A stretch of 64,000 nucleotides of DNA, taken from assembly GCF_009834535.1 (NCBI RefSeq), contig NC_045697.1:61072001-61136000 (forward strand), written 5' to 3'. Position 1 is the stretch's first letter; every line of letters starts with the position of its first letter. The notes beneath the pieces are model-generated. The model was not told where the DNA came from and did no database searches. It saw only the letters and a list, made by a program, of their open reading frames with translations. Positions 26,115-36,599 of this stretch are shown piece after piece. The position numbers and the translations under genes are program-made. This stretch comes from Camelus ferus (Eukaryota).

Positions 26115-26985
26115 TGTTAACATTTTATTTTTTAGAGCAATTTTAGGTCACAGCAAAATTAAGGGGAAGGTACAGAGATTTTTCCATATATTTTTTCTCA
26201 ACACATGTGTAGCCTCCTTATTATCAACATCACTCATCAGAATGATACATTTGTTACCAAGGAGAAACCTACATCGAGACATCATAATCACCCAAAGTCC
26301 ATACATAGTTTACCACATTCACTTTTGGTGCTGTTCATTGCATGTATTTGGATAAATGCCTAATGGCATATATCTATAATTATAATAACAGAGATATGGA
26401 AACAACCTAAATGCCCATCAAGGGGTGAATGAACTGAATAATATTCTGTCATGTATATATACACTCACCATATATATATGATGTGTGTATATATACATGA
26501 CAGAATACTATTCAGCCATGAGAAAGAAGGAAATCCTGCCATTTGTGACAACATGAATGAGCCTAAGGATACTATGCTGAGATATCAGACACAGAAAGAC
26601 AAACACTGTATGATATCACTTATATGTGGAATCTAAGAAGCCAAACTCATAAAAACAAAGTAAAATGGTGTTTACAAGGCATTGGGTGGAGGGTAAATAG
26701 GAGAGATGTTGTTTAAGGTTATAAACTTGAAAGGAGTAGTAAGTCTTAGAGGTCTAATGCTCAGCATAGTGAACATAGACAACAATATTGTATTATGATC
26801 ATCAAACTTGCTAAAATACTAAATCTTAATTATCCCAATTGCAAAAAAATGATAAATTACATGATGTTACAAAAGTGCTAACTATAGCTACAATTGCAAT
26901 TATATTATAATATATAAATGCTCCAAATTAACATCTTGTACACTTTAAATTTACATAATGCTATATCTCAAATACATTTCAACAG
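26115..26985. mobile_element. L1 3' fragments (L1MC-like antisense 26115-26385; L1MA-like sense 26385-26985)
   Basis: cataatcacccaaagtccata; gaatactattcagccatgagaaagaaggaaatcctgccatttgtgacaacatg. Confidence 0.8.
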
Positions 26986-28733
26986 AGGCTGGACTAGGGA
27001 AGTATCCACTTCCCTTCTTATGTCGTTGGCTTTATTCAGTTTCTTGTATCTCAAGTATTCCTGGCAGCTGCTTCTTAAAAGCCAGATATGAAAGAGACCG
27101 TCTCTAGATGGGGTCAGCTAGCAAGACAAGAGTCTTACGTAACATAATGTAATAATGGGAATGGAATCTGTCACCCTTGTGGTATTTTACATTTAGAACC
27201 AAGCCATAAGCCTGGCCACACTCAAAGATATAACATGATACAAGTATGTGAACACCAGCAGGTGGGGATCATGGGAGCCCCCTCATAAACTTCCTCCCAT
27301 TCAGAGCCTAACTTAACCAAGCACTGGTGGAAAGTAAACAAAAGGCACAGAGAGAAAGCCTGCCTTTGAGGCTCTACAGTCTAGAATAACATATAGGCAG
27401 TTTCTTACTTCAAAAGTATGAATTTCATTATCCATTGACATAGAACGAAGAAAAGTTATATGGTTAATGAAAGGCTATCTTTTAATGAACAGTCATAAAA
27501 ATGCAGGTAGAAAAATAAAATAACATTTCATTCAAAAAACTAAAGTTCAAACACAAAAATCAATCTCTTGCACATGTGTGGAAGACATCAAAAGGCAAAA
27601 TAAAATATTATTGTATTGTAAGTTATTCAGGGTTTTCATTACTAACTAGTCTTTAAACATACCCAACCAGTTTCAGCTTTCTTAGTTCATATGCTATTTC
27701 CTTTTATTTTAAAAGTATGACATATGGATTATCCATGCAACGAGATATGAAAATAAAATTTAATAAAGAACTAGGACAGTGGCACAGAATATTTCAGAAT
27801 CATAAATTTTAGCCAACCTCTTTCATAATTCTAAAGTTGAACTCAGGCAATGCCTTTCTTTATGCTTCAGAACAGAATTACTGTTTTTATTCATATAAAC
27901 AAATTAAGTTTTCCATTTTTAATTCAAAGGTCACAGCATGTGTTATACACTAAATCCATTGCTGAATGAAAAATCCACCCAGCTAAGTTCATCTGTTTCA
28001 TCTCCTAACTTTTAACTTAGAAATATTTTTAAATGATGAAATGTAAATCCCTTATTTCTATAAAATACTCACAAAGGCTATTTTCTATTAACTGCCCTGT
28101 TCTATTGCTTCCAAATAAAATAATATTTTAAAAAATAAAATAAGAAAATATTAGTTTGGGGAAAAAAGGACAATTAGAACAGCCCATTCTTATAAATTCA
28201 TGTAGATAATTAATAAAGACAACACACGAGAACTTTTTTGAGTGACCCAATTAAAAGACTAGCCTTTGCTTCCAATGTCTGGTTTCACCACTGCGGCCTA
28301 TAAGCTGTGCCTCTCTGACATTTTATCCTATCTTCTACTTCTTCCTTCTTTTTCTCTTTCTTCTTTCCTTTCTTCTCTTTTATTCAAGGAGCCTTACTGC
28401 TTCCCAACACAGACGGCTTAGATTTCTTTCAGGGCTTTTCTTAGTTTGTTTCTAATATCCTCTCACCATCTAATGTTGCTCTTTTACTAATCAATGCCAG
28501 GCTATGTCTTACATCGATCAGTGGTTTTGAAGATGCTGCCACTTAACCAGTAAGGAAACCCTAGTTCTGGGTAAACTATTTCCCATATGGAAACAATGAG
28601 GGGAGATTCAAAATAAGAACTTGGTGGAAGGAAAAAAAAAATCTTTAAAAAGATCACTACTTTAAGTCTTTAAATATTTGCTAAATCTATTTATCAATCA
28701 ACCTATTAAAAATATAAAATGTTACATTAACAG

Positions 28734-28951
28734 TTCTGATTATGTGCTCCTATGGATGCAATGAAAGCTAACAAATTGGGACTAATAATCTATCATACAA
28801 AAAAGAGTAAATCACCCATTCACAAAAGTGAATGAGTAATCTGATCCCCTTCAATCTGGCCAATCGCCAAATGGGGGAAAAATGGATATTTGATTAGTAG
28901 TAAGAAAAATGCATCAGATCACAAGGCCATACTTTAATAAAGGATGAACTG
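28734..28951 (+). pseudogene. Exon remnant, ZU5 core-like (F*LCAPMDAMKANKLGLIIYHTKKSKSPIHKSE*VI*SPSIWPIAKWG..)
   Basis: Acceptor ttacattaacag, strong donor CTG|gtgagt; motif order resembles the ZU5 core of UNC5/ZO-1. Confidence 0.6.
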
Positions 28952-29911
28952 GTGAGTAAAACTTAGGAAAGGACGAATCAGTTTTTTCTAACTTCCTCTA
29001 CAAAGCAAATTATTGAGACTCATGTTTGGAATGCTAAAGAGATGTAGCTCTGTCTTCAGACCGGAAGCAGAGGCTCTGCTCCATACAGCAGCATACCTGC
29101 AGGGATGCGTAAGATCTTAACCCTGGAGCTGCCAGGTGTAGGCCCCGACAATTATGTTCTTACTGGCTTGCCTAAGGAAAAAGGAAAGCTTAAAAAATAG
29201 GGTGTGGGGTCCTTAAGGATGCACAGCATCTTTCAATAGCTATTAAAGAAAGTCTGATTCGTACTGCTTGAGCCATAAGAATAGCAATCTCTTTCTCCCT
29301 TTCATGGAGGTAGTAAGAGGGTGGAAAGAGAAGTGTTTATTCTCCTCCCCTCTGCTCCTCTCAGTTTAGAAGATGACAAAAGTTTAAGCAGAAATAACTC
29401 CTTCTTGTCCAGAAGCTGAAATATGAGGTAAAGCCTGAGAGTATTTCTTTCTCTAAAATGGCAAACTATATTTTTCACTGTTCTCGTCTGAGGTAGTAAG
29501 AGCAATGCATCTTGGCACTACATTTTAGACACACTTCATATAAACCTGAAATTACACATTTAGAAGCAGATGACTCTAAAACAAAACAAGTCTGGAACTT
29601 TAAGCTCTCTGCATGTTAGCCTTCTTTACTGGATACAGCTCTCATCATACCAGGACAAAATTTGTTTACATTATGTCATATGCAAAAAAATAATTTGTTT
29701 GTTTATGGCTTTCATGACAGCCTTGTATGTACTCAGCATGTGTTGATGGAAGTATGGTTTAGATGAATACCTGGAAATCTATATGTTGACTATTAACTGT
29801 CTGTAAATTTGTTTATGTGTTTTGTTGTATTTATTTATGTATTTATTATTTTGCCTCATATGCTGAGCATACAAGATTCTTACATCTATCTTCACTTTTC
29901 CCATGTATTAG

Positions 29912-30512
29912 AGAAGACAAACTCAGTGATAGATCCAAAATTCCGGTAGCCCTCAACTCTACTAAAATTCGGTCTGCTACCGACCTATGTTCTTAGACTC
30001 CTTACTCAATAGAAATTGATAAGAGGCCAGATGAAGAATTCAGGCAAGGCTTTCTGGGGGCTCCTGCTGCAGCACAAAGGAGAGAAAACAAGCAACAGGT
30101 TCTCTGGCTCGCTTCCCGAGCAGAGGTGAACTAGTCCCTTAATGGGGTGAGGGGAGGGGCAGGTTGGTGGGTGGGGCTAGAAGAAGGGTGACTTAGGTGG
30201 TCTGCCCACCCCCTTGGGGGTGCTGTGTGTGTGTGCTGTGTGTGTCGAGGAGACATTTGTCCAAGTGCAAGCACTGCAGAAAAGGGTCCCAGGTCCTGGG
30301 CCCAAGCCCATCTCAGGCTTACTCAAGCTGATATTGTTCTGTACTACTGTAAATTTTCTCATGAATGATTTCAATAAATATTTTGAAGCGATCCTTGATT
30401 ATTACTCTAATCACTTTTATAAATCGAAACTTTAGAATCTGAAATATGCGTTTGAGGTATTTGATGTAACATAGTTTATAGCTGAATCATTTGATTTGAC
30501 TTTCACCACATG
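29912..30512 (+). pseudogene. Exon remnant interrupted by an LTR (KTNSVIDPKFR*PSTLLKFG / LTQADIVLYYCKF / LMNDFNKYFEAILDYYSNHFYKSKL*NLKYAFE..)
   Basis: Acceptor cttcacttttcccatgtattag; protein-like reading on both sides of LTR 29975-30315; donor at 30456 or 30512. Confidence 0.6.
29975..30315 (-). mobile_element. ERV-type solo LTR inserted in a pseudo-exon
   Basis: TG..CA bounded, GC-richer block; imperfect TSD ggtc/ggct. Confidence 0.65.
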
Positions 30513-31220
30513 GTTACATTTTGAATGAAAAATTTTAAAGAGAATCCCAGTACACCAAAAAGAGTCTAAATACATGTTTCAAGTTCTTTTAATGATCAGT
30601 TTTAGGAACAAATGTTTTATATTCCTTAAAGAAAATTTCATTTTAGGTTTTTTTAATTGTCATCAATATTTCAGTTTACCTAAGAACATGAGAAATTTTA
30701 TAAGAGCTACACTTTTCTTAAAATTTAGACTAAGAAAGTTATTAAAACAATCTTTGTGTGTTTTCTTTCCCTCAATGGGCAAATAAAAATGTGTTGATTA
30801 CCTACTTGTATAAATTTTTCATTGAGGAAATAAAACATAGTTCAGCACTTCAGGACTCATTAAATAATTAACATTTTTCAACAACAGTAAACTCAGAGTA
30901 ATTACCAATATTTTGCTCAGCAAACCTTGTACCCTTACTCAAGGAATCAAGGTCATTGTTAGCATTTATTTGTTCCACAGACACTGATGATTATTTTTCT
31001 ATATATAACTCAGCGTCTACCCTCAGATTAGAACCTGATTACAAAAGACAATGAGAATGATTTTTTACAATATATTGTGATTGTGCCAACACACATCTAA
31101 GCACCAAAATAATTTAAAAGGAGGGTTTCTGTTCATCTACTTGCTAATATTCTGAAACTTTAAACTTTTTTAAGTTCTAGTGTTTCTAGAACTTGTCAGA
31201 AATGTTGCTTTGTTCCATAG

Positions 31221-31315
31221 GTCAGATACCCTAAAAATGGATTTTCTGAAGGAGGAGTTCAGATTTTATGAGACTACTCTCTCTGATAAAATTTTTATGA
31301 GGACAATTATCCTTA
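31221..31315 (+). pseudogene. Exon remnant (SDTLKMDFLKEEFRFYETTLSDKIFMRTIIL)
   Basis: Acceptor gttgctttgttccatag; open, phase 2 to 1. Confidence 0.65.
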
Positions 31316-31449
31316 GTACAGTTGTTTCTGATTGAAACTGTATATACATAAGAATACCAACTATATTTTTCTCTTTATGAAAGTTGACTACAAAATATCT
31401 ACATTTCCATTAAGAAAAGTTAAAAAAAGTTCTTTTTTTTGTTGTGTAG

Positions 31450-31529
31450 AGCAACCTGGACAAAATAACATGAAGGAAAAAGAAATCAAATATGAACAAT
31501 TATATGCCTCAAATGACACTGTCTTATTA
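31450..31529 (+). pseudogene. Exon remnant (QPGQNNMKEKEIKYEQLYASNDTVLL)
   Basis: Acceptor ttttttttgttgtgtag, donor TTA|gtaaga; open, phase 1 to 0. Confidence 0.7.
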
Positions 31530-31852
31530 GTAAGAAGAAATTAATTTAAGACTTGAGAGAAGTTCTTACAATTTGGGTTCAAGGATAACTCCCTTTAAGA
31601 AGGTCATTAAAATAGTCCCCAGGAAAATAAAAATGAATCAACAAAGAAAATTACACATAAAATTTCAGGGCACAAGTAAATCTCTTTGAAGCCCGCCTCC
31701 AGCTCACTCAGCTATTGGTTCATTTGGGGTTTGTGGCAATTGGCCCAGGCAAAGCATCCCTTCCTGTCTCAACACTTGAACTTCATCATAGTCTTCTCTT
31801 AGATGACACATCTTTAAAATTATCATACAAATTAATTTTTTTTTTTTTTTAG

Positions 31853-31958
31853 GATTTTTCTAATGACCTTGCAACCACCAAAAAAGAATATATCAATTGT
31901 CTTCATATGTATGCTACGTTCTTAAAGATCCAGAGACAATACCTTCCACCCAAAACTG
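31853..31958 (+). pseudogene. Exon remnant, UPA-start-like (DFSNDLATTKKEYINCLHMYATFLKIQRQYLPPKT)
   Basis: Poly-T AG acceptor, donor CTG|gttaat; open, phase 0 to 1. Confidence 0.7.
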
Positions 31959-32242
31959 GTTAATTTCTCTTTATTTCATAGATGCTACTTTTCATGAGGA
32001 TATAACACTATTTTTACCTCCTACAAACTAGCACATAGTGCCAACTACTGGAGACGATAAAATAACAGAATGAGATTTAAATGTGTGTCTGTGTGTTCCC
32101 TCAAAGAAGAATTTCAAGGAAGTGCAATTATCAGAATCAAAATCTGTATTGAAGGTGGTTGAGCATAGATTTGAAGCTGTAGAACGTTTTAGCGTTGATA
32201 TAGGAAACAAACTAGAAGCATTCACTGAAGAAGCAAAAGTAG

Positions 32243-32796
32243 TGTAACAGAGAAGAACAAACCTGACTCCACATTGGATCTGTCCTTTAGCTCTAACCTT
32301 TGTACTCTGTAGCCTGTGCTTAGTCATGCTGGATCTGCTCCTTTGTCTCATCAATCAGCAAAATAATGTTGCCTATGGCCTGAAATACGCATAAAAGCCC
32401 TTTCTCAAGGCTCTGCCTCCCGGCTTGACCTTGAAACAATGACATTTTTCATTCATATTGAGATAAGTAGTTGCAGAACAACAACAACAAAAAACATTTG
32501 TTTTGTTGAAGGTTTACAGGAACTTGGTGACCAGACCTACGTGGACAGCTGTAAGAACAAAGGGTTATCACATCACATCCCCTCCAGGATCTGCAACAAC
32601 TAGCCACACTACCTCCTCTTTTAGTACAAAAGAAGCCCAAATTCTAACTCAGGTAAGATGGTTCTTTGGAACAGCAGTCTGCCGTCTTCTGAGTATTTTG
32701 GCTTTCCGGATAAATGTGCTACTCTCTGCCCCAACACCTCCTCTCGGTTTATTGGCCTGTCACATGGCAGGCAGTAGCAGCTTCAACACAGTAACA
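32243..32796 (+). mobile_element. ERV1-type solo LTR
   Basis: tgtaaca start, gtaaca end, TSD gtag/gcag, ataaat signal near 32710. Confidence 0.8.
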
Positions 32797-32823
32797 GCAG
32801 TACTCAATCAAAAGAAAAGGAAG

Positions 32824-33108
32824 AAGCCAGTCATAAAAGACTATATATCATATGATTCCATTTTTATGACATGCTCAGAAAGCTGAATCTCTAAAAACAG
32901 AAAGTAAATCTGTGGTTTACTGGGACCAGCAGTTTGGCACAATGGGAGATAACAGTAAATGGAGTCTCAGTGGGGTAATGAAAATGTTCTAAAACTGATT
33001 TATGGTAATGATTACAGAACTCCATATATTTATTAAATCATATTGAATTGTGTAGGTGAAATGGATGAACTGTATGATATATAAAATATGTCTCAAAAGA
33101 CTTACAAA
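32824..33108 (+). mobile_element. Old L1M-type 3' end
   Basis: tatgattccatttttatga..aatgttctaaaactgatt..tattgaattgt; TSD aaaaggaag. Confidence 0.75.
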
Positions 33109-33481
33109 AAAAGGAAGTTTATAAGCAAGTTAAAATAACACAAGTATGAAGGAAAGAGAATGTTGATCTTATGTTCAGAAATCTTTTATCCCATTTGAAA
33201 AAAAAGTCTAAGATATAATTAACAACAAGTAAGAAAATAAGAAAATAAGAAAACTAAGCTGAAGATAAACTTGTGAATGTAAATTGAAGAGATCGCTGAT
33301 TACCTGAGAAATAACTAGTTTTGTATTTTTTTTTAATTATGAGCTCAATTCTGGTCAAAGAGTCATATAAAAAGTCTATAAGGAAGTACATTCAAATGTT
33401 ACAAGTAATCATGCGAACATCTTAGAGTTATAGGTATTTAACTGTTTTTTGTGATTTTCAAATTTCACATTGTTGACAGTT

Positions 33482-33749
33482 AAGGTTGCCAGATTTAGCA
33501 AATAAAAATAAAGTACATTGAGTTAAATTTGTATTTCAGAAAAAAATGAGTAAAAATTGTATTATAAGTATGTCCCAAATATTGCAAAGGTCATACTTAC
33601 AGTAATGTTAAATGTGAATTTCAAATAACAAATATTTTTAGTTTATGCCCCATGTAATATTTGAAACGTACTTATGATAATTAAAAAATCCATTATTTAT
33701 TTCAAATGCAAATTTAACTCAGCGTCCTATATTTTATCTGGTAACTCTA
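33482..33749. mobile_element. MER33-like hAT-Charlie relic
   Basis: ggttgccagatttagcaaataaaaata..ttttatctggtaactcta. Confidence 0.75.
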
Positions 33750-33828
33750 TCCACCAGGAGAAAATATGCTTATTTTATTTAGAAAAGTATCATTTAATTT
33801 AATATACTTAGTTTATTGGGTTTGGAAG

Positions 33829-34087
33829 AAAATGCACAAATATGATACAGCTATTTCCTCCTTAAGTTGCAGATGATGCAATATTATATATTTTATGATG
33901 AAAAAATCTTTAGAAATAAAAACTATAAAAAGGACCACTAAGAATATTAGAATCTGAATACACTAATGAACCACAAGTGGATAAGAAACAGCTAGAAACA
34001 AACCCACAGTTAGTGAAGAAGTTTCTGGCACAAATATTTCCTTTCAATTTTTCCTCTCTAAATTTTTGATCTGGCCTTCAATTAATG
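33829..34087 (+). pseudogene. Exon remnant (..KGPLRILESEYTNEPQVDKKQLETNPQLVKKFLAQIFPFNFSSLNF*SGLQLM)
   Basis: Donor ATG|gtaatt, phase 0; start uncertain (33829 or 33867); 5' part has many stops. Confidence 0.5.
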
Positions 34088-34380
34088 GTAATTTCCTGTT
34101 TGGATAAATAACTCTAGTAACAATAATAAGCAAAACCAAACTTTTATGATGACAAAATATTATTGTAGATGACTTAGAAACTTATATTGTTATCATTAAC
34201 TCACAGTTAAATATACACATATATACATTGCTCTCCAAACCTTCCTACAAGAGGTCTTAAAAATAGATTTTCATGCATTTTCACTCTAGAAAGTATAAAT
34301 ATCTAGGTGACGAGAGAAAGCATGTCTTAGATCTACTTTATCGATTTAGCTCTTTCCTCTTTTTTTGCCTGACCTAACAG

Positions 34381-34438
34381 CTAGATTAGAGAAGTCTGAC
34401 TGGCATCCAGAGGGCCATGGAATCTTCTAAGCATCACG
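34381..34438 (+). pseudogene. Exon remnant (LD*RSLTGIQRAMESSKHH)
   Basis: Strong acceptor ttttttgcctgacctaacag, donor ACG|gtatgt; phase 0 to 1. Confidence 0.6.
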
Positions 34439-34603
34439 GTATGTGGGTCAGTTTCCCAGGAGAGAAAAGACTGACTATCACAACGCAGCTAAAAACATTC
34501 TACAGAGAGACTATTGTTAAGAAACCCATTAAGTCTCACAGTGTTGGCTGCTGTGCCAAGGCAATTCAAATTTTTGTACTCAAAAGACTTTCTTCTTCTT
34601 AAG

Positions 34604-34697
34604 TAAACCAGGTTAGTTCTGATTATCTCACTCCAATGACTAGCGAGTACTATGCTCAAATCTACCAGCATCTCCAAGAAAGTGAAAGCTACATGTG
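34604..34697 (+). pseudogene. Exon remnant (VNQVSSDYLTPMTSEYYAQIYQHLQESESYM)
   Basis: Acceptor ctttcttcttcttaag; open in phase 1, compatible with 34438; 3' end uncertain. Confidence 0.45.
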
Positions 34698-35956
34698 GTA
34701 GTGAAAAAAATGCTACAAAAGCAGAGATCTCAAAAACAAAATAAAATAAAGACCACACCAAGTCTCTAGGATTAGGAAGTAGTCAAACACATACGGTATA
34801 AAACTTTCAAATAAAAATGGAACATAAATTTCTAATTAGTAAGCACAGCTAAAGCTCATTTTGGAAGTTATTAGCTACTACAAGCAGCCTTTTTTTTTAT
34901 TAAAAATGCTAGATAATTAACGTGTTCATAAGCATGATGTAAAAAGAAAATAATTTTCTCATTTTATTGCCAAGTGAAGTTTTTATTTTATAATAAAGAA
35001 TACTTTATAACATGATTCAAATAATAAAAGTTCTCTGGTTTTCACTGGGAAAGAATAAATAGCAGAAATAACTCATAAAGTAGGGCAGAAAAAATACATA
35101 TAGCTAGATGATTTTATTTTAGAGTCACTTGTTTAAACAATGGAAAAAAGTTAATTAAGATACAATTTTGTTGGCAAGGTATAATGCCAAAGTATTGGAG
35201 TAAAAAACTTGTTTGATTTCAAGTTTTTTCATTTGGATCCTGGAAATGGCTTTTTTTCTTTCTGCCCTTGTTAAATGAGGCTACATGGCGATTGCCTGCT
35301 GTTATCTGTACAGGAAAATAGCAGGAATGTTATGTTCTATCATGAGGTTAAATCATGTTGCTGTTCTTGTTTCCCCTGTTGACTTGTGCTTTTAGATGAT
35401 ACGTTACAAAAGACATGAAACGACAATTTTTCATGAAGGAAAATTCATAAAATGTTCATTAAAAAAGTCATGCCAGAGAAGACCGTTTAATGAAAACCGT
35501 TGTGATAGAGACCATTTTTATGGTGATCTTCACTGTACACAAAGAGGGGACGATTGCCTAATCTGAAAGGCACCTGTTCCCAAAACAACTTTGCCTTTAA
35601 GGAGTCATTCCCCAGAAGGCAGTCTTCCTTGTCTGTATAAATTCTGGAACTACATTGTGTACAATACTGATGTAAAAATCACTGCTGGATACTGTTCTTC
35701 CTGTCAACAAATATCTACTGAATATTCGTTACACGAAACACCCTTAGCTTAGGGCTTAGGAAGAACAGAGACAGTTGTTCCAAACTCCTCTTGGATCTGA
35801 AGGAGTTAATGGCCACACTTAACTGAAAAGAATAATTTATAATTCATTACAGTATTCTTTTCACCTCTTTCTTGCCCCTGAGTTGACTGGAAAGGCCAAA
35901 AAAGAACTTATTTTGAGTCTTGCCACAATAATGTTTGTTTCTTTTAAATGGAAAAG

Positions 35957-36153
35957 AAGGCTCCCACGTTCCATAATGAATAGAATGGCCTTCATCTACA
36001 TATTAAAAGTGGGCATACAGCCAGTTTAGGAAAGCCCTCTGGGACTTTTACCCCATTATCCTGGGACCATGGAAACAGTGCTTGGCTACAGCAGAATGGA
36101 TAGCGTCTTTCCACGGAAAGAAGAATCGATACAGACTACAAAAACGGAAAAAG
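35957..36153 (+). pseudogene. Exon remnant, Trp-rich (..KWAYSQFRKALWDFYPIILGPWKQCLATAEWIASFHGKKNRYRLQKRKK)
   Basis: 49 open codons (36007-36153), retained CpGs, degenerate donor AAG|gctaagt. Confidence 0.6.
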
Positions 36154-36265
36154 GCTAAGTACTGTAGGTTCTTAAATGAAAATTGATTTCCACCATTGAG
36201 CATGGAACAGGCTCATCAGTTAACACTGCATTTAGAGGGAATCTAATTGTTTCTTCTTATGGTAG

Positions 36266-36407
36266 GGTTTGAACTTGGAAGGGAAGTGTAAGAGGGAAAT
36301 CAATCCTCCGTTATCACGAGTAGCTTGGTCACAGCATACTGATCCGAGAATCCCAGAATCAGTGGATTGCCTCAGAAATACAAGCTGCATTCCTCAGACA
36401 CATATGG
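36266..36407 (+). pseudogene. Exon remnant, frame ambiguous (..LIRESQNQWIASEIQAAFLRHIW or GLNLEGKCKREINPPLSRV..)
   Basis: Acceptor tttcttcttatggtag; phase 0 frame fully open; retained CpGs. Confidence 0.5.
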
Positions 36408-36599
36408 GTTCAATGTTTAATTCTTTCCTTTTTCATGTACATACTTGATCACTAGAGACACCCTTAATTCCTTTCAGTCACGTAGTAAATGAAACACTAA
36501 AGGAAATGGATTAGTGCAAATTCACTAGTAACACTATCCCAGTTGTGGGCCGTACTGATGATTCATATCTGCATGTGAGGGGCAACATGCTATTTTATT

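Larger units (their letters stand above)
25326..31050 (+). repeat. Diverged ~190-bp direct duplication (25326-25520 and 30846-31050)
   Basis: Shared blocks actcattaaataattaa, caacagtaaa, tcaa.gtcattgtt.gcattt, ttccaca..cact.atgattatttt. Confidence 0.85.
32027..33143 (+). pseudogene. Exon remnant, UPA-like, split by LTR and L1 (..DLNVCLCVPSKKNFKEVQLSESKSVLKVVEHRFEAVERFSVDIGNKLEAFTEEAKVVLNQKKRKFISKLK*H)
   Basis: Frame is continuous once the LTR (32243-32796), the L1 (32824-33108) and one copy of each TSD are removed; donor CAA|gtatga. Confidence 0.7.

Noticed and set aside
32028..32886. ORFs 32028-32354 (-) and 32503-32886 (+)
   Set aside because: Composed of LTR/L1 sequence and the antisense of the UPA-like exon
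35397..35565. Further exon candidates (35397, 38399, 41060, 41490, 44160, 50700, 53879, 63290)
   Set aside because: Plausible acceptors, but frame or donor unresolved; possibly real parts of the pseudogene but not supportable individually
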